From Eledone cirrhosa (Eukaryota), in assembly GCA_964016885.1 (NCBI GenBank), contig OZ024750.1:48484001-48548000 (forward strand): DNA of 64,000 bases, in the 5' to 3' direction. The notes beneath the pieces are model-generated. The model was not told the DNA's origin. It made no database searches and worked only from the letters and a program-made list of their open reading frames with translations. This document shows, in pieces, positions 28,331 to 45,254 of the stretch. The position numbers and the translations under genes are program-made. The stretch's first letter is position 1. Each line of letters begins with the position of its first letter.

Positions 28331-28409
28331 TCATACACACACACACACGCACGCACACACACGCACACACACACACATACATACGCAGATACACACACAC
28401 GCACATACA

Positions 28410-28442
<33 letters not shown>

Positions 28443-29134
28443 CAACATATATGTATTACTAGCAACATCATATGACTAACTTCACCAACTCTCCTTTCAC
28501 AACACTATGGTACAAATATCCGCCAACACAACTAATTAATTAGTTATACCAAGACGATCACAGATATATCATCGCAATTAATTATACTAACAATTTTAAT
28601 TAATTAATCAATTATACTGGCAGTACCGACTAACTATTAATAGGACCATTTAACTAAACCAACAGAACTAAACTTCAATCTCTACACTAAACCTCCTATA
28701 ATTACACAATATATTAATTGAAAAGCAAACAAACAATTATCATACGCATATACACACAGACAGACACATAACCACCACCCCTATATACACACCTATACGT
28801 TCCGCCACATCCCCACAATCAGCCACCACACACTTGCAAAGAAACACAACAGCTCGCCCTCACTGAGAGTATTGACACTGCGCTAACATCAATATCCAGT
28901 GTCACAACCCTTTCAAACCCTTTTCCTGAGATACATGGTATTGTAAGAAACCATAATTTATGTGGAGTCGTAGGCGCGCCATAATGATATACGGCATTTG
29001 TAGGGCATTTTTTAAAATCTGGCGGATCCCATCACTTCTCAAGGCCTAAATATTTCTTCAGGGCTCCTGATTTCTTGTAGAGAAAGTTAGGCAGAGTGAG
29101 AGAAAATAAGTGATGAGAAGAAATAGAAGAATTA

Positions 29135-29292
29135 CTGACCCCAGTTCTTGACAGGTACTTTTTTTATCGACCATGAATGGATGAAAGGCAAAGTCTACGT
29201 CGGTGGGATTTTAAATCAGACAGCAGAGAGCCGGTAAGAATAGTGCGAAGCTTTCTATCAAGCGTTCTAACGACTCTGCCAATTCGCCGGCT
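29135..29292 (-). mobile_element. SINE S1-related, diverged
   Basis: ggtactttttttatcgacc...ggatgaaaggcaaagtc...tctgccaattcgcc. Confidence 0.7.
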
Positions 29293-30851
29293 TTGAGATA
29301 TAAACCCCATCTCAGTTACGTTCAATGTGCGCTACACAGAGACATAACGGTATACACCCCTTCTATATGGCCACTTCATGAAATAATGTAGACAACAGAC
29401 GGTTACACATAATCCCTCGTGTACTACGATAAGTGCTCTGGATACTCTCTCCTCATTTGGTATACACACACAGACGCACACGAATTAAAAATGTCATGCA
29501 ATCTTAGGTTTACACATGCATAAACACTCTCATATATTATATATTAACTAATTACCATATACTTTCACCCCAAAACCACACACTGATAACACACATAAAC
29601 ACAGCCTCACACAAACACACCTAAATATACCCCCAGGCACATACTCATGCCGACACATACATACATAAGCACACACATATTCAAATGCGCGTTTACACAC
29701 AAATACACAAAAGTTAGATCATAATTTCAAACACACATGTAGGTACACACACTGTAGGTGCACTCTATTGCACACACAGTCCCAATGATAAACCTGACAA
29801 TTCATATTGCCCCCTATCTAACACGGTGAAGTATTCGCTTGTCCTTTTCATCTATACTTAAAACTTTTTATATTTTTTTCTCACTAAACTTCCAGCCTCA
29901 GTTTTTGCAACCTGCTCTTCGAACATTGCTCCTTTCGTAATTTCTGAGGAAGTTACGTATATTGAAACACATTTTTACTCCCACATTCTCTTTTCTTTAT
30001 CTTCAATCTCGAGCGTTAACCTAATAAAACTTTGTATTTTTGCATATCTGTGTTTGTCTATTCTTGTCTATTCTTGTCTATTCTTGTCTATTCTTGAAAA
30101 AAGCATACAATATAGTTTCATATCATTTGGGCTATTCAGTAGACAAGGGTATATAGATAATAAATATGCAAACGACTTATCACAAACCAATTTCGTAAAT
30201 CATTTCCACACTGTACGCCTAGGTTTATTAATCCTCCAGACTTTTGAAGATTATTCTTCACTGATGAACATAAGTTATCCACTGCTGCTTACGACGAGAA
30301 TAAGAACATTGTATATGTGATGGATCTGTGTCGGTTGGGAAGCAAAATGTACCAATTAATTACAATACAGCCTGTTCCTGAGATAAACGTCCATGTATCT
30401 GAATATTTCAAAGGCCCGTGTTATTTCATACGGCCATTTAAATAATTTATACTACACTTATTTCCTAGCAGGGTATACATGGACAACGGGAAATAAAGTG
30501 TCTCAAGTCACACAAATCTTTAGGGATAAAGATGCATGATCTATGATAAGGAAACAAGGTGTATAACATGGAATACATTCACATTCACGAGATAGTGTTA
30601 GAAATCATTTATGGATTTCAATTTCAGAAGGCGTTGCTCCAGCATTACCATACAGAAATTAGGAAACCGGTGAAAGAAGAAGAGAAAAATCTAAATTAGC
30701 TCCATTGTGATAGCTTTCTAAATGTTTCCGTCTTATTTTATATTCCTGTAAATCAAATTAGTATATTCAGTGAGATTCAATTTACAGCTCCTCTGTAATA
30801 TTCTCTATATGATTTAGAAACTCCGAATGGGAACAAGTTGTGATTAATATC

Positions 30852-31790
<939 letters not shown>

Positions 31791-31793
31791 AGA

Positions 31794-31882
<89 letters not shown>

Positions 31883-31886
31883 ACAA

Positions 31887-31965
<79 letters not shown>

Positions 31966-33087
31966 AACATATATATATATAACAGCCCCTGATTCAATCG
32001 GGGAATTTACCTTATCGACAATTGAGTGGCAGCGAAAGATACTAAACTATTGGTCATCTATCTCCAGAGGTTTGACCAAACACAATCTTGTATAACATCG
32101 ACGATGACCTATTTCCTCTAACAACATTTGTGGAAACACAAAATAAAAACAATCGCGTGTCTTGCGATTCACCAACATTCGGACGTGAGTCTAAATAAGA
32201 AAGCATATATCTGACAAGCTTTCGATCTCTGAGTCAGGAATGGATATAATCGATTGTTCCACGAACTGATCAGCAGTAAAACACGCAATACGTGATTAAG
32301 TATGTATATGATTGAACACCGATTTTTTTGTGCTCTAATTATTATCATGACATATATATATATATATTTATATATCTGGTAATAAGAATATTTATATTAA
32401 TATATGTTTGATATAACTATGAATATGTATGGTAGTCTTAAGTACTAACCGATTACTGGTATGACAAAAGCCTCAATGCAAATTTTCAAATGTTTTACCG
32501 AGCCGAGATACTGCAGTATTTCCTCTTACATGCCTTATTTACTGTATTGAATCCTGCATATACAACAATTTTCCTTGCTTATAACTTCTTTGCCTTTACT
32601 TTCTTTGCTTGTGCTTTTTACTTTTACTTGTACCTATTACACTTCCAACCAGTGCTGCCTGTACTTGTGTTATTTCAAGCGGAACATCTTTTTAACTCCT
32701 GACTCTCCACATGATGCCTTTGACACTAATAATAATTATGTGCCCTAAATGTTCTAAATGACTAGGATTCTAGTTAACTGTTTTCGACATTCCTTGTGCT
32801 CCGATGATTCGAGAATCCCTCTGGAAGAAACAATTGTCAGCTAATACATGTGCTAAAATAAATTTGATAGTTTTAACACTTGGTATATATATATATATGC
32901 GTGTGTGTGTGGGTGGGGGGTATATGTGTGTTTGTGTGCGTGTGCGCGCGGGCGCGTGTGTGTGTATATACTCGCTGCAATACCAGGTAATACCTGGGAA
33001 AGGTTGGGTTATATTCAGTTCCGAGAGTGCGCCTGCATACTGAAAAGTCGGTAAACAACAACCAACAAATACTCAACCTGACACAAT

Positions 33088-33667
33088 ATGACAACAACAT
33101 ACATAGGCGAGACAGCTTCTAGCATAGGTGAAAGGATAGACCAACACTGGGGGGAACTAAAAGTACGAAAGACCGGTTCAGTACTGTACGAACTCGCCAG
33201 ACAACAACAATACGGTAACATAGACAACAGAGAAATTAAAATAATATCTAAACATAGAAATGACCCAGCAGATAGGCAAATCAGAGAGGCAAGTGAAATA
33301 GAACTTAGAAGACCAAAGCTAAACAGAAGAAAATGAATGGAATAACAACAACACCCAAACAAACAATACTGACTTAAGAGACATAAATAAAAAATAAAAT
33401 AAATAAATATATACACAAGCACAATAACAACGAACACATATAAACGCACACTAGTAAACTAAGATAGAATACAATAACCAAAACAGAGTCACCCAAACCC
33501 GAACACACACACACCACTATACACATACGGACACGCATGCGCAGAGAAGAAGACAAAAATAAATAAATAAATAAACAGTTAAAATAAAGATGGCGTAGAT
33601 ATACAATACAACATGAGGAACATAATAGCACCACTGACTAGCTGCCAGATGTGCAACGAAAGAACTT

Positions 33668-33712
<45 letters not shown>

Positions 33713-33895
33713 TTATATCTATATTATGTCTGTATTTTTTACCGTTGGTCAGTCAATGGTAAACATTGAGGACTGGATGAATTAACTGATATAACAGATA
33801 CAGAAGAGGAAACCAACCAATCAGTGAGTGTGCTCTGATATTAATTCTGGCAATATTATTACAACAATGAAACCCTCCCCAAGTATAACAATATA
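33088..33895 (+). mobile_element. Short PLE copy related to PLE-3: GIY-YIG C-terminal part plus tail with decayed HHR
   Basis: YIGETASSIGERIDQH...SVLY...RQIREA..I...PKLNR; tail matches 520-830. Confidence 0.85.
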
Positions 33896-34679
33896 TATAC
33901 ATATATATATATAATTTTGAGTATGTGTTGGTTGTTGTTTACCGACTCTTCAGTATGCAGGCTAGAGCACTCAACGAAGTGCACAAGTGGGTCTGTTCAC
34001 TCCGGATTAATGTAAAATCAAGAGGTGTAAGTCAACAGGTTAACATTAACTTCTTTTATTAATATTCGCTGCTATATATAATTAGACTATGTCTAAATAT
34101 ATGCGTAAGTATATACATATATCCCTATGAATTTAATATATACTCCCGTAAAGTAGTGTAACACGTTAGGCAGTATCTGGCTACGCTTTCTAGCAACCAC
34201 CTACTCACATCCTGGCCACCAATCGCAACCTTCTAACTTGACCACTAGCCACGTAATGACTCTTAACCAATTTTGAATGTATTTCTGGCGGTGATCCCTG
34301 CAGAAATTTTAGTCCAAACTCGAGTTGTCTTTTGATAAGCTCCAAGCCCCATGGATAATTCCAGGATCGGATCTATCCACAAAAAAGAGCAACACTGTCG
34401 ACATTCGAGACTAGAAGAATGTTGGTAAAGTTTATATGCATCTTTTCTTCTAACATATATTTTAGACCTAGCTCCGTTTAGTTGATCATTTGTCTAGTTA
34501 ATTTCTACGGCCTAAAATGAGTGACTACAAACATTTTATCTGACTGTTCCTCACAGAGAATAGTCTGTATCATTTGTCTATTATTACTTCATAGTTACAT
34601 TTTAAACATAGCCTGGTTTAAATGATTATTTATATGGTTGATTTCTACGGACTAGGTAGAGGGAGGACCGTATATCTTT

Positions 34680-34894
34680 TTATCTAATAATTCGATAAAC
34701 TATATATATATGTGTTTGTGTCTATATTGTATCTGTATTATTCTTGACCGTCGGTCAGTTAATGGCAACATTGAGGACCGAGTAAGTTAGATTACCGATA
34801 TAAAAGACAGCGAGAAGCGAAAACCAACCAAACAGTGAGTGCGTTCTGTTATTAATTCTGGCAATATTACACAAATATGACCCTCCCCAAGTAT

Positions 34895-34900
<6 letters not shown>
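34680..34900 (+). mobile_element. Terminal fragment of the same PLE tail, ending at (TA)n
   Basis: Matches 675-830 and 33700-33895. Confidence 0.8.
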
Positions 34901-34933
<33 letters not shown>

Positions 34934-35584
34934 TAAGGTAATGAATTCTTTTACAATGGAATCAGCTAGAATGAGGAAAACATATCCCCTGAGCAGTGTA
35001 TAAATTAACATGTAAGTGATGAAACACAGATACCAACACATCTGTATATATATTGCAAAAGAAAAGTTTAGCCAGATTGAAGTATACTAATTATTATACT
35101 ACAGTTTGTCCACATCGATTTAAAATAATAAATCAACGGAGACGAACTGTATTGCCAAAAGGCCGTGATGTTTAGACACATTTAAATTTCAAAATCAAAC
35201 CTGTTCCGTTGATAAGTTTAGACTTTAAGATCCAAATATGTTTCGAGTTAAAAAAGTGTAGGAGTATCATGTCCCGCTCTCCTCAGTAAACATCCAGAGA
35301 CAAATTGATATGCTTCACTTCTAAATAATTTAAAAGACTGCGTGGCGCACATGGCTTTGCAGTATCTAACTAGTCTCATAACCGTACTGCTAGAAATAAC
35401 AGTCGTATATATGGGACGGTTTGCAGCTCAAACTAGGAGCAGTTAAAATTAATAAGGTAATGAATTCTTTTACAATGTGGACAAACTGTAGTATAATAAT
35501 TAGTATACTTCAATCTGGCTAAACTTTTCTTTTGCAATATATATACAGATGTGTTGGTATCTGTGTTTCATCACTTATATATTA

Positions 35585-35618
<34 letters not shown>

Positions 35619-36227
35619 ACATGCATGTTGATGTGATTACCAAACGAATAAAAACATTGTAAAAAATAAATAAATGTTAAAATGATGAAATGAATTATAA
35701 TAAAACATGTCCTTAACGCTCAAATATAAATAATGTAAATAACAATTCAAATGATAAATAATAATAATAAATTAATTTAACTATCAACCTTGCCGGGACA
35801 TGTTCCTTATATCATTACTTATTACATTAATAGACATATACACTCGATTCTCCTTTGGGAACGCTTAAGATTCAGAGTAAGGAAAATAATTCAAAAAGTT
35901 GAAATTGATTGTTGTGATCGTCGTAAAAATGAAAATCATTTTGAAAAAAAATAAAACTCAATGTTGAACTTATGAAATGAAATATAGTCAAAAAAATTCC
36001 TTTTTGCTCAAATATAAATAATGTATATAACAAATTAAAAAGAGAAAAACATATATATATTAAATTAATTTAACAATAACCTCGCTTCAGAATATGATAT
36101 TCAACAAAGCATGATATTAATACAATGTGACCAGTAGTAGCGAGTATAGTGTTTTATTTTAAATAGTCCAGTTAATTACTGTTTTACTGTTTTGTTTTTT
36201 TTCAATTTTGATTTTACTTTTGGTTTA

Positions 36228-36918
36228 ATTATTATCTTTATGTTTTTTGTATATCTAAAGAACTTCATAATAAACAATATTTAAAATTTGTTTATCTTTA
36301 GTATTAAAATTGTTTCTAATTTTTGCACAAGGGCAGCACTTATCCCAGTGGTACTTTATTTTATCGACCCCGTAAGGATGAGAGGCAAAGTTAACCTCGG
36401 TGTGATTTGAACTCAGATCGTAAAGGCTCGTAACTCCATGCTGCAAAGCATGACGTCCAACCCTCGAACGATACTGCCAATCCACTGTACTATGTGTAAT
36501 AATTAAGATTATTCACTCTCCCAATGCTGGAAGTGATACATATAGTCCATGAGAAAATACATCATTTTATTTCAAAAATATATATATGTGTCAACAAATA
36601 AAAGAATAATTCCGCTTGAAGTTTGCGTTCTAAACAATTTAATTTTTTTTTTTTTTTCAATTTTTACCATGTTGCTATCGTTCGAGGGTTGGACGTCATC
36701 CTTTGCAGCATGGAGTTACGAGCCTTTACGATCTGAGTTCAAATCACACAGAGGTTAACTTTGCCTCTCTTCCTTACGGGGTCGATAAAATAAAGTACCA
36801 CTGGGATAATTGCTGCCCTTGTGCAAAAATTAGAAACAATTATAATACTAAAGATAAACAAATTTTAAATATTGTTTATTATGAAGTTCTTTAGATATAC
36901 ATAAAGATAATAATTAAA
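36228..36918. repeat. Inverted duplication of a SINE S1 copy together with its flank
   Basis: 36250-36475(-) and 36672-36900(+) share the SINE and the non-SINE flank aaagataaacaaattttaaatattgtttattatgaagttctttagatatac. Confidence 0.9.
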
Positions 36919-37254
36919 ATACCTGGCAAATTTGCAAAATTGTAAAATTATAAATACCAAATGCAAGAGAAGATTTGTTTTCCCTTTTTCAAATATACCT
37001 AACTCTACCAAGGATTTCACACACTTTCCAATGAATGTATATATACTTTTCAGTTGATGAAAGTTGGTTGATCAACAATCTGCCGACATTTTCGTAAACA
37101 GTCGTGAAGCACACTATCGTTTGTATTTCTTAGGATTTTTTCTGTACCGTATCACCCGGTGTTTTAGTATAATAAATAATAGAGACGATTCTATTTGTAC
37201 ATGTTCATTTTGATATCTCATTCATTATAGTTATTTCAAAGTTGCAAATTTAGT

Positions 37255-37444
37255 TAAATAATTGTTTCTACTTTTTGGCACAAGGCCAGCAATTATCCCA
37301 GTACATTACTGGTACTTTATTTTATCGACCCCGTAAGGATGAAAAGCAAAGTTAACCTCGGTGGGAATTGAACTCAGATCGTAAAGGGACGTAACGATGC
37401 TGGAAAGCATAATCCAACCCTCTACCGATACTGCCAATTCACCG
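37255..37444 (-). mobile_element. Full-length SINE S1 with probable target-site duplication
   Basis: Complete S1 body; gcaaatt(t)agttaaata on both sides (37244 and 37444). Confidence 0.9.
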
Positions 37445-40362
37445 CAAATTAGTTAAATAATAATCATTTTACATTGTTTTCTTCAGAAGAATCGAGATAT
37501 ATTTTTCTATACATTAATATGCTACTGGTTTAAGCTGTTGTTAAACTTCGCTGTCCAATACTCATATGAATAGTTACTTTTTATGCTAGCAGTTCTATAT
37601 GGAGTGAGAGACAGTATTCTTGCTGGCGTTGCTGATTAAAAGCTTTCTAGGGCACCACATTTCCAGAGGGGTCAATAGTTTCTTAGAATTGCTCGAAAGC
37701 ACTGCTGACTTTTTTGTTTATGGGGGAGACTGGTTAATTTAATATACTTAGATTTCAATTGTAGATATTAATAATTTTATAATGAAGTTATAATATCACT
37801 ATATATTTATGTATGGTTTATTAGTTAGTTCATACTCTATTTTAGATTACTTCTGGACGTTTAAACTATATATTCTGCGGAATATCTTATATAGCCTGTG
37901 TAAGCATGTATTAAATACGTCGGAGTGGTTATTAATAATGTTTGATTATATTTATATGTAACGTCTCAGTAGTATAGAGGTCACTTCCGGAAGATATAGA
38001 TCAGTTTGTATAGGGAAAAGAATTTGAAAGTTTACACTAAGAAAGAGAATATTGAACTATTTAACGTCCAAATCAATTCCGAAATTGCTGTGCTAGACCT
38101 TCTATCAACTCTTCTAAAGGTGTGGTGATGGTTATACCATCTCTCCTTAAATCCTGGAAAGGTTGCACCAATATATGTATGTGTTTCATTACTCGTATTT
38201 ACTATACATTCATTAACAAATGTTTTTATCTGAACAATTATTTTGCGTAGGGCATCTATTAGGGTATCGGTAGTTGCAATTTGTATCGTTCCTGTTCATT
38301 GTGCCTTCATTGTGTCTGTATGTTGTTTATGAATGTAGAGTAATAACGTGTAATGAAAGATATAAACATATTGGTGCAAATAGCGGATTTCTCCAGAAAT
38401 TAAAAATTATTTTTTTCAATTTAACTTATTATAAATGACGTGTCTGGAATCCTGATATGCTGGGTAAATATCTGTGTGTGAGTCATTGATTACTCTTTTC
38501 CCCCAAAAAGTACTTAATCGCTAATTCTTTATTTTCTCCCTTCTGGAGTGATAAAGAGCAAAGTGGGATCTCAGTAACCTTTGAATTCCCAACATATAGA
38601 ACCGTAACTAAATACCGCAAAACATTTTACCCGGTTTTTTTAATAATTTTGCAATTCTATCTCCATTAACTTTTTCTAAATCATGCAAAATGGAGAGTGA
38701 GACATGTGGATTAAGAATGAGTCATTACTGAAGTGTTTTCTTTATTTTATCGACCCTAGAATTATGAGAGCAAATGTTATATATGAACTATTGAGATAAA
38801 ATGCCGGACAAATGCGTTAAGCCATTTCTTCCTAATCTCTTTATATTCAATAAATATGGCTACCTGTCATAATGAAGTTAATATCGTCTCTAGTCACTAT
38901 CTGAACAATAACTGATTCCCCGTGCAGCGATAGAAAATCACACTCCATGAGACTCACGCGAAAACATAAAGCTATGTCCAGTGTGGTTTTTATCGCATTT
39001 CGGGTAAACATTTAGAAAGTTATAACAGAAGTGTATGATCTTCATTCTAATCCCTACAACATTTAAAAAATGATTACGAAAGAATGTTCCATTGATATAC
39101 TGCAATGTTAAAATATAATGCACTATCATTTAAATATATGATGAACTATAATTGTAAACCTACAAGAAAATGTAACTTCTGCTATAAATTCGAGCGTTAA
39201 TCATTATAGAATAGATGAAATAGATATCTTTACAGAAACCCAGGGTATACATCTGCAATAATTTAATTCATGAAGAATGGCATGTATTTGAGTTAATTTC
39301 CGTACCAGACTGTATCAAGACCTAGATGTTATCAAACTTTACTTCGATGATAAACGAAACAGATTTCCCATATTCTTACATCCATGTGATATTAGTTTTA
39401 TGAAGCTGCGTTACTTTATATATAAGGCCGCTTTATCTGCTATATATGGCAGTGTAGTCTCGCTAAAATCGAAAAATCTTATAATAGTGCTGAGACAATG
39501 TGAGACTATGAGTTTAAGGTATTTGCTTCACAGTCGTGAAATTATTACATCTGGACAAATGTCTTGTGAGCGACATTGGCTAACAGAGACGATGGACCTT
39601 CGCATTGAGGAGTTAAGTAAATCAAAATATCAGTTATTTTCCGTAAATTTTCAGGCTAAGTTTCTCAGGTAAATTAGTTAAGAGCAGCCAGATTAATTCA
39701 TGAGCCCAAGAATTAATTCATCAAAAGACTGAATAGGCTTCGTCAATATTGAAGGATGTCCATTATTTTTAGATGTCGGAAAACGTAGAACATCACATGT
39801 CACGGGTTTACAGGTTTGCGATGAGATAAAAAGGAAATTTACATCTCTCATCGTTAAACTTTTAATTGACAGTCGAACCGGTTACATCTGACAGGAGATT
39901 GTTCCGTTGTTTCATGTAAAGGAATTAAGGTCATGATGGCAGTGAGACCAGCTACATAACCACTAGGTAAGGCAACTTCACCGCGTTGACATAGGTTAAA
40001 CGACGCCTGCAACACACAGCTGTTTTTGTTTTTTCCATTAGATATGTCAAAGCAATGTATTTGAAATAAATATAATGTTCGGAATATTGAAGTGTCAAAA
40101 TGATTTTGTTACCGTAAAGAAAACTCTAAAGAAATAATAGTTTTTTTTTAGTGTTCGGTTGGACGATGTGAAAGCTGTCAATTACAATACATTTGTTGTC
40201 CTTAAATGTAATTGAAATGTATTTGAAACGATATTCATTTTCTATGGATAACATAGAACGTTTGATATCTGTTACATATCAAAGTGCTTTATGACGTGTT
40301 GAGTTTCGATAAAACATACACAAACACACAGACACAAACAAACACAAACTCACAAACTCACA

Positions 40363-40508
<146 letters not shown>

Positions 40509-40523
40509 CGTTATATATACGTG

Positions 40524-41045
40524 AATCGGAGGTAACCACAGTAAGTAAGGTACTCAATACATTGCACAGTATAAAAGTTTTAATATAGATGACTGGAACT
40601 GTTTCATTCTTTAGAAATCATCAGGAATCTGGGTATCAAAAAATAACTATGGTATTTATAGGTCTCTTCAAGTGGTAGGAGAGGGTAGGGAGTGGAATGG
40701 GTGTCGGTCATTGGTTGATAGAAAAGGGAATTCATTAAAAGCTACTTCTTCAAAGCTATAGTTTATTTTTATTTTTGGAGTCACAAAGGCAGAAAGAATT
40801 CTATAAACTTGTTTATAGAATTATTTCTGCCTTTGTTACTCTAAATATAAACTATAGCTTTGAAGAATTAGCTTTTAATGAATTCCCTTTTCTATCAACC
40901 AATGACCGACACCTATCCCACTCCCTACACTCTCCTACCACTTGAAGAAACCTATAAATACCATACTTATTTTTTGATACCCAGATTCCTGATGATTTCT
41001 AAAAAATGAAACAGTTCTAGTCCTGTAGAATCTCATCTATATTAC
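40524..41045. repeat. Fold-back of a PLE-type tail adjacent to (TA)n
   Basis: About 40580-40808 is the reverse complement of 40811-41043 (centre ctataaac-tt-gtttatag). Confidence 0.9.
40983..41033 (+). ncRNA. Type I hammerhead motif, weak stem II
   Basis: Stem I AGAUUC/GAAUCU, CUGAUGA 40989-40995, GAAA 41008-41011, stem III CAG/CUG, GUA triplet. Confidence 0.65.
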
Positions 41046-41387
41046 GGGATCTTCTGAAACTAACAAAGTCAATCTGTAAACGCAGAAGTGGATATTTCAA
41101 AAAACGTTGCAACCGGAGGAAGACAGGAAGACGATACTTTGTTTCGTGGAACGTTCCCTGGCAAAGAACGGGAAAAAAATGAATATAATACGCCATTGTT
41201 TGGAGCGGTGAAAAGCAATTACACGCAAAGACAGAACCATGTTTATGGTATAAAATAACTCGTAGACGAATATTCTCTTAGGTGGTTCATAGAGACGTTC
41301 TCTGGCAATGAACGGAGGAAAGAAGATAATACATATATATACGAGGGGACTTCAAATGGTTATATATATATCATATATATATAAATA

Positions 41388-41920
41388 CGAGGGGGCTTCA
41401 AATAATTTGTGGAAAAAGTATATAGCTGGAATTCATATCCAGGGATTTTGATATCAATGTAACTGTATTTTTTCGTACTAACCTGTCAGAACACTTTCTA
41501 ACATGAACCCTTAGATCCATTCCATGTTGAAAAGACCCACCTCCATTTGCAACATGGCCTCCACCAAAACATCAAATTGTGGTGAAGATAGGGTGGACGA
41601 GCAGCCAAATCATTGACGTCTTGGAGAAGATTTATGGGGACAATGCCCCTAAGATATCAACAACCTACAAATGGATAAGTCATTCTAGAAGTGAAGGGGG
41701 AGAGGTTGAAGATGATCCCCATTTAAAAATGAAAAAAAAGCCGCTTTGACATGTTTTAAAGTGCATGGCTCTCAGTTTTACACAGATGAACTTAAAGGCT
41801 GGTATCAATGCTTGCAGAAATGTATTGCCCTAGATGTAGCATATGTTGAACAATAAACATCATAACTTAAACCATTTATTCCTACTGTCCGTTTTCCACA
41901 GACGTTTTGAAACCTCCTCG
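41388..41920 (+). mobile_element. Internally deleted mariner (irritans/Hsmar2-like) with TIRs and TA target duplication
   Basis: TA-CGAGGGGGCTTCAAATAATTTGTGGAAAA ... TTTTCCACAGACGTTTTGAAACCTCCTCG-TA; remnants VKIGW....IIDVLEKIYGDNAPKISTTYKWI and GWYQCLQKCIALDVAYVEQ*. Confidence 0.9.
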
Positions 41921-43009
41921 TATACTACCCAAATATGTAATACATGAAGATGACTGAATAAAACAAATGATTTACTCTTGTAAAAAAGGGTTTACTTGTA
42001 TATCTCCATTTTCTTCATCTCATCTAAAATTCCTTTTTTTCTCCCATGTAATTCTGTAAGTATGAACGGGTCTGTATTTTTTAATGGAATTGATCATTAA
42101 GCAGGGAAGCTTCTTAAATGATTGTGATCGTTCATATCGAGCCCTGTATGTATTGATATTTAGGTTTTATAAATACATCATTCAATCTCTTCTTGTCGAA
42201 ATGCAGATATAATGCACATAAACTCAAACAGTATTACCAGGTGCATACACCCATTACATTCACTAAAGATTGGTCAATCTGAGAATATAGTTGAAACATT
42301 TTCTCAACTACATGGCGTCGATGGGAAAGCCTTAAACACACAATGTATCCTGTGTCTGTATATATACATACTCACCTACACATTATATAGAAATAGCCGT
42401 CGAAACGGCTTGAGCTCTGCCGTCGGAGTCATACTATTTCATTGCTCTCTCTCTCTCTCTATCTCTCTCACTCTCTCTCTCTCTCTGACCTTAGCGTTGC
42501 TTTGAAAATTGGATAGTGAAATAGAGCTTCCGCCGTACGAGTCCCATGTGCGTCAATACTCATCCTTTTTTTTCTATCTGGGTTATTTTATAACTCTAAA
42601 TATTAGGCTGATTTACTTAGTCGTCAAACAGAAATAAAAAAATACGGCGGAAGTTCTATTTCACTATCTAATTTTCAAATACTTCGCTTCGCGCCTTGTA
42701 AACGAAGCTAATTTTCAAAGCAGCGCTCACCTCTCTATCCTATATATAATATGTATTCATACGCTATGACTATATATCTTCAAATTGTTTGTAAATTTGA
42801 TGGGTGATGATTTGGTCTAATGGTTAACATAGTTGTCATGATAGCCAAAGATGTGGGTTCGTGTCGCAAGTACGTCAATTTTCATTCTTTTTTTCCAATC
42901 TGGTGTTTTTTTATAATTCCAAATATTAGGCTACTTTACTTAGTAAAAGAAAATACGACGACACTTTATTTCACTTCCAATATATATATGTATATATATA
43001 TATATATAA

Positions 43010-43220
43010 AGGAACGATCGATTTCCGTCAAATCTGGCCCAGGAAACAATATTTCCGTTGGTCTTTCCAATTGCTAATACTATATATCGGTCGCAACTGC
43101 AGGTAGAAGGAGCGACATGAAATAAAGTGTATTGCACAAGTACATAACGCATCGCCCGGTCCAGGAATCGAACACACAACCACAAGATTGTGAATCCAAT
43201 TCTCTAACCAAAACTGCGCA
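43010..43220 (-). mobile_element. SINE with S2-like tRNA head, diverged
   Basis: aacgcatcgcccggt...gaatcgaac.c.caacc.caagat shared with 28250-28295. Confidence 0.6.
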
Positions 43221-43380
43221 TGATGGGAAAATACTTTGAAAGGAAGTGCTCCTAAAATGGGACTACAAATGGAATAAAACAAGTTTCGCGTAATTCAGCG
43301 CACGTGTTGCCGAGATAGGAGTTTTGCTGGATACTTTCATAAATAGTCAACAACTATGTGATAACCAATCGGCCATTTAG

Positions 43381-43434
<54 letters not shown>

Positions 43435-43449
43435 ATATATATAAATGTA

Positions 43450-44018
<569 letters not shown>

Positions 44019-44061
44019 CGAAACACAAGTTAATTGCATGAACTCATCATCCTATATTTAA

Positions 44062-44113
44062 TGCTATATATATTTCGATGATAGCCATTGACTGGCTATG
44101 ACCTCATCAAGCA
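44062..44113 (-). ncRNA. Hammerhead-like motif (decayed relative at 22033-22083, minus strand)
   Basis: Minus strand: UGC-UUGAUGA-stem II AUAGCCA/UGGCUAU-GAAA-UAUAUA-UA-GCA. Confidence 0.55.
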
Positions 44114-45142
44114 GTTAGTCAGTTCTTAGATATGCCAGCTCTGTGTTTATAGTGTTGATGGTTTCAGAGCCTTGGGACATATGAGCTTGTTAGGAATAAT
44201 GTAATGTTGTCAGCAGGAATAGTCTTGATTCTCATTTGTCAGTTTGTAGATGGTAGTAGTGGTATTTGACCTCAAAGAGGCAGGTGGTGTTGTAAATGTT
44301 AAACCGCCAGGCAAGATGACAATAGTTCCAATTAAGGTTAATAGAATGAAATAGATACTACATGTCATTCTTAAATTGAGGAATTTATGTGGAGTAATGC
44401 TACTGAAATGTATGGTTAGAGTAGAACATTTACAAATAAAGAGACATATGTAGGTTGGCTGGCACGTACACTCACATCCGCCTCCACAGACACAGACACA
44501 CAACCACACATACGAAATGTTGGGTGGTAATACTTAAATATTGGTTAGAGTCCAATACTTCGATAGTATAGAACATTTAGAAATAAAAGGTTTATGCTGG
44601 TTAACTTGTACATACACTCACACCTACCCCCCTCAGACACTCACACATTTACACACACACATTCATACAGGTGTGTATGTATATATATATACACATAACA
44701 TATAAAATATATATATATATATATATAAAATATACACATACATAAAATATATACACACATAAAACATACATACATATATATATAAAATACACATACATAT
44801 ACATATATATACAAAATATATACATATATATCCATACATATATATAAAATACACATATATACACATATAAAATATATAAATATATAAACATGATACATAT
44901 ATACATTTATATATAAAGTCAGGTTCAATAAATAGTGGTTTTGATGACTCCTAACCAGTAGAGGTTCCGGTGGACCATCCACCATAGGGACCACAAACTC
45001 TGGGTCCAGAATGGCGTCCAGAATTAGCCGTCGAAACGGCTTGAGCTCAGCAGTCGTGATCCTACTCGTTCCTATTACCCACTCGACTGCCCTAAGTATT
45101 GAGTACTTTGGTGCGTTATCGTTCCTTACCATATTGCCTTCG

Positions 45143-45183
<41 letters not shown>

Positions 45184-45254
45184 TACAGAAATGGTCGATA
45201 TGGAAGCCTCTTCATTACAGTTGGGGAAATCCTCTAGAAACAAAATCAGTTGGC

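Noticed and set aside
28880-30050. Possible decayed PLE end with CUGAGGA...GAAA at 29944-29967
   Set aside because: Protein motifs too degraded and stems unconvincing
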